Of a DNA stretch of 64,000 nt, positions 14,985 to 27,121 are shown in pieces. Position numbers and translations under genes: made by a program. How positions within the stretch are numbered: the first letter of the stretch is position 1; every line of letters begins with the position of its first letter. Below the pieces are notes generated by a model. It was not told the origin of the DNA. It ran no database searches and was given only the letters and a program-made list of their open reading frames with translations. Origin of the DNA: Octopus sinensis (taxonomy: Eukaryota); NCBI RefSeq assembly GCF_006345805.1, contig NC_042999.1, positions 79,856,001 through 79,920,000 on the forward strand, given 5' to 3'.

Positions 14985-15321
14985 AGTAAAGACCCCCTTC
15001 GGTCATGAATGACCATGGGATTGCACCTAGAAAGTTACCCTCCTAGACACAAGTCCGGGCAAGGTTGTTTATGGAAGGCCAGCAGTCGCCCATGCATACC
15101 AGCCTCCCCTCTCCACGCCACCAGTGTTATTCAAGGGAAAGACAAAGGTCGATACCGTTTGGCACCCATGACGTCGCAACTCATTTCTACAGCTGAGTGA
15201 ACTGGAGCAACGTGAAAATAAAGTGCCTTGCTCAAGAACACAACACGCAGCCCGGTCCGGGATTCGAGCTCACAACCTCACGATCGTAAGCTTGACGCTC
15301 TAACCACTGAGCCATGCGCCT
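14985..15321 (-). mobile_element. tRNA-derived SINE family C, near full length
   Basis: Minus strand GGCGCATGGCTCAGTGGTTAGAGCG (A box)...GCTCGAATCCC (B box), central TTGAGCAAGGCACTTT, and a distinct tail. Confidence 0.8.
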
Positions 15322-15364
15322 TATATATATATATATATATACATACACCACACACACACACATA

Positions 15365-15407
<43 letters not shown>

Positions 15408-15424
15408 ATAATATATATATATAT

Positions 15425-15460
<36 letters not shown>

Positions 15461-15484
15461 GCACATTCACACGCATATACTCTT

Positions 15485-15690
15485 CTAATTATTTATTCTT
15501 TTACTTGCTTCAGTCATTTTGATTGCACCCATGCTGAATCACAGTCTTGAATCGAGCAAATCAACCCGAGGACTTATTCTTTGTAAGCCTAGTACTTATT
15601 TTATCATCTGTTTTGCCGAACCGTTAAGCTACGGGTTCGTAAACACACCAAAATCTGTTGTCAAGCGATGGTGAGGGGGACAAATACAGA
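15485..15690 (-). mobile_element. SINE family B 3' half
   Basis: TTTTACTTGCTTCAGTCATTTTGATTGC...CTTTGTAAGCCTAGTACTTATT...AAACACACC matches full copies at 24913 and 49245. Confidence 0.75.
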
Positions 15691-15718
15691 CACACTAATA
15701 CATACATACATACATACA

Positions 15719-15754
<36 letters not shown>

Positions 15755-15945
15755 TATACATATATATGTACGACATGCTTCTTTCAATTTCTGATTTTTA
15801 ATGAATTCTTGGGAATTTCTTGAGTGTATCATTTTTAATATTTGCGTGTGTGTTTGTTTTATTCTAAGGCCGTGGTGGATATACCGTTTGTTGTGGACGC
15901 GTTCAAAAGGGGTCTGTATTTTGTAATAAAAAGCCTCTCTTTACT

Positions 15946-16028
15946 AATTCGATGGCTACAGGTTGTATCGTCCCTGAATTTTTCCTCTCTACCAATTCAG
16001 GGACGATACAACTTGTAGCCAACGAATT
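15946..16028. repeat. Near-perfect 35-bp stem hairpin with 13-nt loop
   Basis: AATTCGATGGCTACAGGTTGTATCGTCCCTGAATT / AATTCAGGGACGATACAACTTGTAGCCAACGAATT, two mismatches. Confidence 0.9.
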
Positions 16029-16724
16029 CGGACGGTAGGTGAGACAAAAAAGGACAGGGGGAAAAGCAAGAACGGGCCATTCGGAGTTTTCAATCTTCAG
16101 TCGAGAAGCAGATCCCTTTGCAGTTTCGGCCGGTTAATCTCGAGACTGCTCTAATCTGGCCGGACCCAAGGAAATCTAAGTTAAGAGCACTAGCTTCTTT
16201 GGAAGAAAGCAAGCGGATTATACGAAAACAAGGACGGAAAAAAAACGGAGAAATGGTGCACAATTACAAATACAAACAACAGGAAATTAACAACAGGTGA
16301 CTGAGTACGAATTCTATTAAGCTGGAATATAGAAGATGAAAATCATGGTAAGAAATAAAAGAGATGTTACACGGATGGTAATCGAAACAGGAAAGAAAGG
16401 TTAGGTTTGGCCGAACACCGGTCACGTGGAAGGAGAGGAGAGATGTGGTGGGTAGAGAGATTGAAGAATTAGGGAAGGACGAGAAAAAGAGAGAAAAAGG
16501 AAAGGGCCAGACTGAGATAAAGGAGGAGGGAAAGTCATGAGAATAAAGGGAGTGCCAAGGAATGTGAGAGAGGGTGAGAGCAAGAAAAATATAAGCGGAA
16601 GGAACGAAGAAAGTGTTAAATGGGCTAAAGGAAAGAGTAAGCTTCGTACAGAATTTATATGTGTGTGTGTGTATATATATATACTCATATATTACTATAT
16701 ATATTATATATACTTATATATATA

Positions 16725-16797
<73 letters not shown>

Positions 16798-16864
16798 CAT
16801 ATATATGTATGTACATACAGGAGACCAAGAGAGTACGTACGCTGCTATTCATATACGTATGAGT

Positions 16865-17085
16865 AATATATTCTTTTATTCTTGTATTGCGTTATTTGCT
16901 TCAGTCATTTGACTGCGGCCTCTCTGGTGTACCGCCTTGTAGGATTTTAGTCAAACAAATCGCCCCCAGGTGTTATTCTTTGTAAGCCTAGTACTTATTC
17001 TATCGGTTTCTTTTACCGAACCGCTAAGTTACGGGGCCATAAACACACCAGCACCGGTGTGCATATAGCCCCGGATGGGATAAAC
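16865..17085 (-). mobile_element. SINE family B 3' half
   Basis: CTTCAGTCATTTGACTGCGGCC...GTAAGCCTAGTACTTATTCTATCGGT...CCGCTAAGTTACGGGG. Confidence 0.8.
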
Positions 17086-17098
17086 ACACACACACACT

Positions 17099-17195
<97 letters not shown>

Positions 17196-17934
17196 ATACG
17201 TGCGTGTGTACTGTGGATGTATTTTTGGCTTTCATTCCCGTCTTTCATAACTTGACTAATTACTACTTACTATTTCCTCTTTTACTTTTTTCCACTGAGT
17301 GAACTTGAACACTGTATACAATAAGCTCATTTTATCGTGCCAAGATGCTGTATCTCACATACAAACACACGGCATGATACATGTGACAATGTAGTCTCTG
17401 ATGTGTTGAACAAAAGGTATTTGGCATACAGAATTTGAAGATTACTGCCTGGCATTCGATGAAATAATTCTATGCCATTGTTCATCTCATGCAGAACTGA
17501 CGTGGGCTATTACGTCACTCAATGCCTATTTCAAACAGCAGTAACAATTATATTAGAATCAAAATTTTTCGACGCATCTAAAAAGAAATAGCCTCAATCG
17601 AATTAGAAAGAGGAGGAAAATGACTGAAGTAGAGAGAAATGTTAAGGTTTTAAAATTAAAACAACTTGTTAAATTCTCGCTGGCAAAACAAGTAGAAAGA
17701 ATGGTTATTCATTTAATGGTGCAATACTACATCTGCAATTAAGTATATGCGTGTGTGCGTGTGTGTGTGTGTAGGTGTGTGTGTGTGTGTGTGAGTGTTA
17801 GTATGTGTGAGAGGGTGTGTGTGCGTAACCTTCTGAGATTCCACTTTGAAACATATGTAGCCCGGAATTTTCCTACTCTATTCCGTAACTCTTGTATGCA
17901 TATATGTATGTATATATACACACATGCATACACG

Positions 17935-17984
<50 letters not shown>

Positions 17985-17986
<2 letters not shown>

Positions 17987-18125
17987 ACGGGTGTCTTTCG
18001 GTTTTAGTCTAGCGAATTCACCACTCACAAGGCTATGGTACGCCCGAGCCTATAGTAGAAGACATTTGCCACTTAGTGGGACTGACCCCGGAAGCATGTG
18101 GTTGGGAAGCAAACTTCTAACTACA
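17985..18125 (-). mobile_element. SINE family B 5' half
   Basis: CACTCACAAGGCT..CTATAGTAGAAGACATTTGCC..GGGACTGACCCCGGAAGCATGTGGTTGGGAAGCAAACTTCT. Confidence 0.75.
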
Positions 18126-18324
18126 CACCGATATGTATGTGTGCGTGTGTGTGTGTGTGTGTGTGGTGTGTGTGTGTGTGTGTGCATGCGTGTCTGTGTG
18201 TGCGCGCGCGCATGTGTTTGTATAGGTACATGCAGTAAAACACAACATAAAGACGAATATATATATTGCTAGGTGGCATGTATTTTTTAAAAATATTTTA
18301 TATTTACTATTAACAATCCTTTCT

Positions 18325-18915
18325 ATTATAGGCACAAGGCCTGAAATTTTTCAGGGAGGGGCTAGTCAATAACATCGACCCTAGACGGCCCCTTATTTCA
18401 TCAATCTCGAAAAGTTGAAAAGGCAAAGTTGACCTCGACGGAATCTGAACTTAGAACGTATTCCCTAAGTAGCACTGATGTTTACTCCCGGTGATTTGAG
18501 CAAAGGAATAACAACCGTCGCTCCTCGCTAAACTTTAACATTTCTGTTCTCACCAGAATTTCCAGCTACATTAAACAAAAGAACATCAAACTTAACAGCA
18601 GTTAATATGTAACTGCATATATGGATGCACTGGAAGGAAAAAGGCATATTTGGTTCTATTAAAAATGGGGTCTAAGTAAATTCGTTCGGAGCAGAATCAC
18701 TAATAGGACTGTACGGCCAGGGTACAAAGTAATCAGTTTCGGGGGAAAGGGAAAGTTGATTAGACTGACCCCATGATCGACTATGCTATTCGTCCTTTCG
18801 ATTTCAAAATGTACGAAAAACATAGTCGACCTTGGCGGAACTTCAACTCAGAGCGTAAAGTCGGACGAAATGCCGATAAGAATTTACCCGGCGTGCTAAC
18901 AATTTCGCCAGCTCT
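18325..18915 (-). mobile_element. Two degenerate SINE family A copies (18325-18460 and 18725-18915)
   Basis: GGCACAAGGCCTGAAATTT...AGGCAAAGTTGACCTCGACGGAA; AGTCGACCTTGGCGGAACTTCAACTCAGA...CGGCGTGCTAAC. Confidence 0.65.
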
Positions 18916-19079
18916 CAGCATCGACATTCCACAGTATCTTTCAGTTACTTACAGAATCATCATACAAAATTTCTGCCATTTGCAGTATTTTCTTGTCCAC
19001 TTCCTTCAATATGCAATGTATTGATGTTAACTTTCTTTCATTTTCGGAATCTCCATATTAACACCCAACAGCAACACTA

Positions 19080-19452
19080 GTGGAGGCGCAATGGCCCAAT
19101 GGTTAGGGCAGCGGACTCGCGGTCGGAGGATCGGGGTTTCGATTCCCAGACCGGGCGTTGTGTGTGTTTATTGACGAAAACACCTAAAGCTCCACGAGGC
19201 TCCGGCAGGGGTGGGGCGACTCCTGTTGTACTCTTTCGCCCCAACTTTCTCTCACTCTTTCTTCCTGCTTCTTGTCCCCGACGTCCTACGCAACCGCTGA
19301 GCCTGGATGCACATTCATCCATCCGCCGATGCTCTCGATGTCGGGGGTTGACCTGCTTTCTCTTCTGCGGGTCTTACGAATAGCAAAGGACCACGTTTCG
19401 GACTTCTCCCACAACTGGGACGAAGACCGCTTCGCTCAACAGCAACAGCAAC
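19080..19452 (+). mobile_element. tRNA-derived SINE family D, full length with (CAA/CAG) tail
   Basis: GGCGCAATGGCCCAATGGTTAGGGC (A box), GTTTCGATTCCC (B box), GC-rich body, ends CTCAACAGCAACAGCAAC. Confidence 0.7.
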
Positions 19453-19494
19453 GCTATGTTAGCCTTCTGTTATCTTGAGATAATTTACATGTAG

Positions 19495-19710
19495 TAGATT
19501 CAAATTTTGACACAAGGCCAGAAGTTTCGGGTGAGGGGTTATGTCGATTACACAGACTCCAGTGCTCGATTAGTACTTATTTCATCAACCCCGAAAGGAT
19601 GAAAAGCAAAGTCGACTTCGGCGGAATTTGAACATAGAGCATATAGGCGGATGAAATGCTTCTAAACATTTTGTCCGACGTGCTAGCGATTCTACTCGCT
19701 CACCGCCTTA
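19495..19710 (-). mobile_element. SINE family A copy
   Basis: CCCCGAAAGGATGAAAAGCAAAGTCGACTTCGGCGGAATTTGAAC...CGTGCTAGCGATTCT. Confidence 0.75.
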
Positions 19711-20062
19711 TATTTATTATTAATGATGACCCTTTATTTATCAAGGAAAAATAACTTTAATTAATAACACTAATTAACTTATTAACACAGAAATGCGAAT
19801 CAGCTTCACATTAAATAGAGCGCTGAAGGTATTAAATGTACAGTTAGATATGTCCCTGAATCTCACAATTTGTAAGTTATATTTCCCTACATCAGTGCTA
19901 CTCAAAGTGGTGGTCCGCGGACCGATGCTGGTCCGCGAGCCATCAGATGCCGGTACGCGGCGAATTTCCAGAAAAGAAAGAAACATAAATTGCTTATAAA
20001 ATGCTTATATAATATTTCATTATTTGTTTACAAAATAAATATCAGATAAAAAATGTAGCAAG

Positions 20063-20625
20063 GCAGTGAGTTGGCGGAGTCGTTAGAACGCCGGGCGAAA
20101 TGCTTAGCGGTATTTCATCTGCCGTTACGTTCTGAGTTTAAATTCCGCCGAGGTCGACTTTGCCTTTCGTCCTTTCGAGATCGATAAATTTAGTACCAGT
20201 TACGCACTGGGGTCGATATAATCGACTTAATCCGTTTGTCTGTCCTTGTTTGTCCTCTCTGTGTTTAGCCCCTTGTGGGTAGTAAAGAAATAGGTACTTC
20301 GTCTGCCACTACGTTCTGAGTTCAAATTCCGCCGAGGTGGACTTTGCCTTTCATCCTTTCGGAGTCGATCAATTAACTACCAGTTGCCTACTGGGATCGA
20401 TCTATTCGACTAGCCCCTCCCCCAAAATCTCAGACCTTGTGCCTAGGGTAGAAAAGAGTCGGCATTTCGTCTGTATTTACGTTCTAAGTTGAAATTCTGC
20501 CGAGGTCGAGTTCACCCTGCCATCTTTTCGGAGTCGATGAAATAAGTACCAGTTGAGTCCATCTAATCGACTTACTCCATACACTGACCTCGCCACTGAA
20601 ATTACTGACCTTGTGCCTAAGTCAA
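20063..20625 (+). mobile_element. SINE family A trimer
   Basis: Head GAGTTGGCGGAGTCGTTAGAACG, then three cores with three different tails. Confidence 0.85.
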
Positions 20626-20719
20626 TTTAGAGATATTGCAAATAACAGGAAGTTATCAAGAAACCGCTAAAAAGAAAAATAAGTGAACTCGAAAATTTAA
20701 CAGTCAGAGCAAGACGGCG

Positions 20720-21237
20720 ATTTGGCAGTATCATTAGCACTCCGGACAAAGTGATTAACAGCCTTTCATCCGTATTTACGTTCTGAATTAAAATTCCGCC
20801 CAACCCACTTTACTTGTTCATCTTTTCGGGGTCGATTAAATAAGTACCCGTTGAGCACTGGGGTCCATATAATCAACTTATCCCTTCCCCAAACTAGTTA
20901 GCCTTGTGCCAAAATTTGAAACCAATGCGTAGCTCTAAATTCTGATGGGAACAAAAAAAAGTTAGACTTTGTCGAGAAGCGATGGGCCATTTTTCACAAA
21001 TCCCAGTTGGTGTGTATCGATATACACCAGCGTTGCCTAGGAAATATTAAATTTATTGCTGAAATTTTTTTTCTGCTTCTAATGTTTGATAGAAATACTT
21101 ATATTCTTTTCTACTCTAGGTACAAGGCCCAAACTTGTTGGGGAGAAGGTCGGTCGATTACAGCGACCTCAGTACGCAACTGGTTCATAATTTATCGACA
21201 CCAAAAGGACGAAAGCCAAAGTCGACTTCGGCGGATA
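20720..21237. mobile_element. SINE family A: plus copy 20720-20925 and minus fragment 21105-21237
   Basis: Core TCATCTTTTCGGGGTCGATTAAATAAGTACC on plus; CTACTCTAGGTACAAGGCCCAAA...AAAGTCGACTTCGGCGG on minus. Confidence 0.65.
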
Positions 21238-23179
21238 GAAAATACTTTTGTTATTGCATTGCAAAACTAACATTCTTTGTCTTATTTTGTTAATCAGAAC
21301 CACTGTGAGGCCTATTGATAGGCTAAATATGACAGCCAAATATCACTGATGTCATATACTACAGAGTTATAACAGAATACATTAGATAATGTCAGAGACA
21401 CACTATCATATGACTTTTAATCATAAATATGTCGGCTTCATCAGGGCTGACGCGACACTAAAGAAGAATAAAAATAACAACAGTAACTAATGCTACGTGA
21501 ATGTAGGACCAAGTAGTCAGATATATACTGCTGATATAGTTTGAGGTAGGCCACTGAGGTACTATTGAAGACCTTCATCGTTATAAATATACTTACTGTA
21601 CATTAGCCAAAATCATTATTATAATGAATATACGCTGTTTTTAAATGGCCTATGTTCAGTTGTGTTTTATAATAATGGATTAGTAAAGAATACATGGGCA
21701 CATGAGCAGATATTACCGAGAGAGAAAAAGTAAGCTGAGATTTGAAATGAAAATTTGAAGAAGCAGTTTTAAAATATATCCGGTAGTTAAAAAAAATATG
21801 AACAGAAGTAAATATTTTGTTCGACAGACGCATTACACACATACACATATGTATATGTATGACAAGTGACAGTGCACGAAATTCTTGGCTTCTGAGTCAC
21901 TTTGTGACTCATGCTGATTAGATAATCTCTTTCTCTCTCTTCTTCTCTCCGTTTTTCTATGTATGTATGTATATGTAATAATTATGTTGCACATGATTTT
22001 TACCAGGGGAGCTTTTCAACCATTGGTAGTGAGGAAGATAATTTCTCTGGTGATGGTACAGTATTATTTTATTATTTGTTTAAACTAAGTATAGAAAATA
22101 AATTTCTTTGCCAGAAGTACGACGCCTCGAGGGTAATAGGATTCGAACTACTGGCCCTTTGCGTCATTATCTCGACACCCTATCGACTCACCGTCTTCCT
22201 GAAAGCCAGGCATTGCTAGTCTGGGTCTCCTTTGATCAAGGAGTTTTGTTAGTAGTCAAATCGTTCGTTTAAATTATTTTAACACCGATAAAGACATTAT
22301 CAAGATCATAAAGAAAACACGAGTGACATTACGATGTAAAACAAAAATAATAATGTAATATATGAAAAAACATGCATTGTTTATAAAAATAAATATCATT
22401 TTTTTATATACTTTCATTCTATGGAGTTCAAAAACAGTTAACATAAAAATATAAGCAGTTTTAAAAAACAAAGCCACGGGTACTATTTTTATATTAAGAA
22501 AAAAAGTGGGAGCTCCTTTCAAGTTGTCAGAATACGTTTCATGTAGATTTCTTCACCGTAAGCAAGCTTATTTACTTATCAATGTATGTAAACTTGTTTT
22601 TAGTTAATTTAAGTAGTTTTACATACGAAGACAAGCTATCCATCGGCTGTTCATTACATCAATATATTAGTTTATTTTCTCTGCTCTGTTTACTTTGTAT
22701 ATTAGTATCTATATTTTTTTGTCTTTTGCATTCTTTCTTGAATTATTCCTTTAAAAAGAAAATATAAAAGAAATTCAACTGAAGTTATGTGTGAAGAATA
22801 TGATACAGTAAAATGGTAATACAAACAAATGAAAGAGAATGAATAAATCTATTAAATGAAGGGGAAAATAATGTTTAAAGTAATAACAACATGAAATTGT
22901 TTTGTTATATCGTTTTAAGTCCTTGGATGAACGTTAAGAATACCTGGTAGTTATGAACTTTTAGAACCGGTTTCGATTTCAGCTGTTACCCTTTCGTTTC
23001 CCTCAAATAACGCGCTTGAAAATTGGTAACATGGTTTGAATGCCACAACAGTCAAAATTTGACCCACTCTAGAAGTTGTAACCCTACGCTCGTGGAAGTA
23101 AAGAATATGCTGGAGCTTTTTTCTTTTGTTAAGATTATGATTATCTTGCTATTAGTAATGTGTAACTACAGTATATTGG

Positions 23180-23530
23180 CACAGTGTCTGTGTGGTAAGT
23201 AGCTTGCTTACCAACCACATAGTTCCGGGTTCAGTCCCCCTGCGTGGCACCTTGGGCAAGTGTCTTCTACTATAGCCTCGGATCGACCAAGCCTTGTGAG
23301 TGGATTCGGTAGATGGAAACTGAAACCCGTCTTATATATATATATATATGGTGTGTGTGTGTGTGTGTGTGTGTATATTTGTGCCCCATCATCACTTGAT
23401 TACTAAGAGAGCGATATATTAAGTGCTAGGCTTACAAAGAATATGTCTTGGGGACGATTTGTTCGACTAAAGGCAGTGCTCCAGCAGGGCCATAGTCAAA
23501 TGACTGAAGCAAATAGAAAAAGTAAAAGGA
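23180..23530 (+). mobile_element. SINE family B copy with internal (TA)n(TG)n
   Basis: GTGGTAAGTAGCTTGCTTACCAACCACATAGTTCCGGGTTCAGTCCC..CCTTGGGCAAGTGTC...GCAGTGCTCCAGCAGGGCCATAGTCAAATGACTGAA. Confidence 0.8.
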
Positions 23531-23785
23531 AAAGAAAGACTATTTATAGAGTGTTTGAAGTGATGTACAGATATAGAACATCGAAAAAAAAAAAGGAAAT
23601 TGTCAGTATTTTGGATAATTCTTTTATTATTAGTGCTTCAAGATGAGAAGCAATTCAAAATGATTACGATAAAAACGTGGTTACCACTTAGATTTTAATT
23701 CTTATCTTGAAGTGTTCGTTTAACGAACGAAAGCGCTAGTAATAAAAAAAAATCATCTAAAATTATGACTGCCTCGTTTTTTCTT

Positions 23786-23845
<60 letters not shown>

Positions 23846-24254
23846 ATATTTGTGCCCCATCATCACTTGATTACTAAGAGAGCGATATATTAAGTGCTAG
23901 GCTTACAAAGAATATGTCTTGGGGACGATTTGTTCGACTAAAGGCAGTGCTCCAGCAGGGCCATAGTCAAATGACTGAAGCAAATAGAAAAAGTAAAAGG
24001 AAAAGAAAGACTATTTATAGAGTGTTTGAAGTGATGTACAGATATAGAACATCGAAAAAAAAAAAGGAAATTGTCAGTATTTTGGATAATTCTTTTATTA
24101 TTAGTGCTTCAAGATGAGAAGCAAATTCAAAATGATTACGATAAAAACGTGGTTACCACTTAGATTTTAATTCTTATCTTGAAGTGTTCGTTTAACGAAC
24201 GAAAGCGCTAGTAATAAAAAAAAATCATCTAAAATTATGACTGCCTCGTTTTTT

Positions 24255-24261
<7 letters not shown>
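23350..24261 (+). repeat. Near-identical tandem duplication, period 471 bp
   Basis: 23373-23790 repeats at 23844-24261 with one extra A seen; identical 67-aa ORFs at 23443 and 23914. Confidence 0.95.
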
Positions 24262-24332
<71 letters not shown>

Positions 24333-24912
24333 ATATATGAAATGTTGAATGGGACAGTGTGTACTTTACTGACAAAATAACTTGTCAAAATGTAACCATC
24401 GAGAAAAATGTTGATTCCTCTTAGTGTCAATAGTGTCAAATGGTTCTAGACACTTAGAAATTGGTAAAGGAAGAAAAAGATTCTGTTTTCCAAATTGAAC
24501 CTTGACCCGAATTCTTGTATGCATGGAGATCCCCCAGTCTTGAGTCAAATACAAATGGACTCAAAACCAACTAGTTTTTGCCAGAATCGAGTCGTATTAG
24601 TTGTAATAATGAAATCAAGCCAAATAGCAATATTTTGAAATCATTTATTACGTATGTTTCATATTTCCGTACTATATTATAGGGAATGCATCCATTACGT
24701 AAGCCTTTCTCGGTTACAGTAAAGCTGTAAAGATTTGTGTATTGGATGCATTTCGTACTATATATTATGCAAACCTGAAACGTACGTATTAAATGCACTA
24801 TTTGGTTTGACCACATTATTACAACTATGTGTGTGTGTATGTGTGTGCATGTGTGTGTGTGTGTGCACGTGCGTGTTTGCGTACATGCGTGCGTACGTGT
24901 GTGTAAGCAATT

Positions 24913-25310
24913 TTATTCGTTTATTCTTTTACTTGTTTCAGTCATTTGACTGCGGCCATGCTGAAGCACCGCCTTTTAATCAATCGAGCAAATCGACCCT
25001 CAGGACTTATTCTTTGTAAGCCTAGTACTTATTCTATCGGTCTCTTTTGCCGAACCGCTAAGTTACGGGGACGTAAACACATCAGCATCGGTTGTCAAGC
25101 GATGTTTGGGGGACAAACACAGACACACAAACATATACACACACATACATATATATATATATACATATATACGACGGGCTTCTTTCAGTTTCCGTCTACC
25201 AAATCCACTCACAATGCTTTGGTCGGCCCGAGGCTATTGTAGAAGACACTTGCCCAAGGTGCCACACAGTTGGACTGAATCCGGAACCAAGTGGTTGGTA
25301 AGCAAGCTAC
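24913..25310 (-). mobile_element. SINE family B, full length
   Basis: Tail TCTTTTACTTGTTTCAGTCATTTGACTGCGGCCATGCTG through head GGAACCAAGTGGTTGGTAAGCAAGCTACT. Confidence 0.85.
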
Positions 25311-26519
25311 TCCTAAAAAGGGAATATGCAAATCGAGAGGTGGATTCAAATCCTTTCTCTTAGCGCGAAAATTACCTACAGCAAAATGAATGAATAGGTT
25401 CAGGTTTAGATTCATAACTTGGAATTATAAATTACAAATATTTCTAAAAATGCACCAAGAATCTATGTTTGTTAAAAAAGAAATCTTATAATGTGTCCCA
25501 AGGCTGTACAACCTAGAATATTGTAAATAGATATAATAACATTTAGTTTATCAAAAATCAAACAGAATGAAAAACAGTTGAAGGCATGTATTTTAAAATA
25601 CTCATATGTTATGCAAATCTGAACCTTTCTCATGTTTTTCTTGTAGCTGGGACCATTATAAGTACAAGTAGAATCGTATTTAGCCGGAAGAGATATTACT
25701 GATATTTGAATTGAATCTAGTTATGTGCACCTGTGAAACAAAATAGGTAAATGCATCAGGTATATATATTAAGCTGATACATCTATCAATTCACCTTTGT
25801 TCTCTTTGCGCGGAGATTTCCTCCAAAAATTGCATAATTATATTTGGATTCAACCTATTAAATAATTTATATTCCTCTCAGATATTCGTTGTTGAGCTCT
25901 TTGACATATTTTGAAAAAAATATCTCGAGTATTTTTTGGAACATTTATAATTTATAACTTCATTCATATGTTGAATATAAACTTGTTTGACGCTCTTCGT
26001 TTTAGGTTATCTACACGCATATAGAAAATATTCAAATTCAATAACAGTGGCATTTTAAATACATGATTAAAAGACAAGCTGTTTTCCATATATACAAATA
26101 TAAAACTGGATGATAAAACAGCAAAAAAGAAAACGGAAAATGCATAGCGGAAATTCTACAAAGGAAAATAAATCTCTCTTCCCACACACGAAGATAAATT
26201 CTGTAATCTCTTACAAAAGACATCTCAGCCTAGATCAAATTACACTCTTCAATCTCAATAGTAACTTGCACTTACAACCGAAATATAACTGAAAGTTTAA
26301 AAAGTCCGTACTCAAACTAATCTACCAATCCCCACAATGCTGAGATATCATATAAGAAAGACAAAAGAACTACAAACATAAATAATAACCTTAAAGATAC
26401 ACCCCGAAGCGGATACGACAAACATGACTGCACAAACAGCAACAAGCAATTATTTAACGCAACTTGAAATAAACTCTGCATGATTAAAAGAATAACAGAG
26501 CAGTATTAAAGGGTTTTTA

Positions 26520-26975
26520 TTATCCAGTCCGACCCCTCCACTTCGCACATCTTCCCTAACCGACCCCTCCCCTCCTTCAAACGAGTCCACAACCTACGAG
26601 ATCTCTTGCTCCACAGCTTCTTCCTAACCCAAACTCCCAACCTGGCTCGTTCTCCTGCTCCCGCCCACGCTGTCGCACTTGTCTTTACCTCTCCAACAAC
26701 ACCCTCCTCACCGGCACCCATCATCGACCCTATCATATCACCGACTTCTTCACCTGCACTTCTACTAATGTCATCCACTGCATCTCCTGCTTTCTCTGCC
26801 CTTCTCTATGCATCGGGCAAACGGGATGCCACTCGGCTCACCGGTTCGCGGAACAGCTCCGAGACATCTGACTCGACAATGACACCTCGGTCTCACGCCA
26901 TTTCCGGTCTACCGGTCACTCTTTGTAACACTTGTCAGTGTTCGGATTGTCCTTGTACAGGGACTCTATGATGGA
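26520..26975 (+). mobile_element. Neptune-type Penelope-like element fragment: linker, Zn knuckle and GIY-YIG endonuclease (pseudogenised)
   Basis: IQSDPSTSHIFPNRPLPSFKRVHNLRDLLLHS, frameshift, then PGSFSCSRPRCRTCLYL..FTCTSTNVIHCISCFLCPSLCIGQTG..RFAEQLRDI*..VSRHFRSTGHSL*. Confidence 0.8.
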
Positions 26976-27089
26976 TGCCTCTTATGTACACTGTATTTAT
27001 ATGAATAATATATAGTCTTTTGACTAAATTTTTACACGCTAGGCCACTGGTAGTAGACATTTGTAATATTTCTTATTCCCCTGATGTTA

Positions 27090-27121
<32 letters not shown>

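Noticed and set aside
19083-19160. tRNA-like sequence
   Set aside because: A and B boxes are present but no complete cloverleaf closes, and it continues into a SINE body; the same applies to all other SINE heads.
21425-21450. CTGATGA on the minus strand
   Set aside because: No GAAA partner or stems at a plausible distance, so not called a hammerhead.
26606-26971. 121-aa Ser/Pro-rich ORF and its antisense ORF 26506-26778
   Set aside because: Off-frame readings of the decayed Neptune endonuclease.
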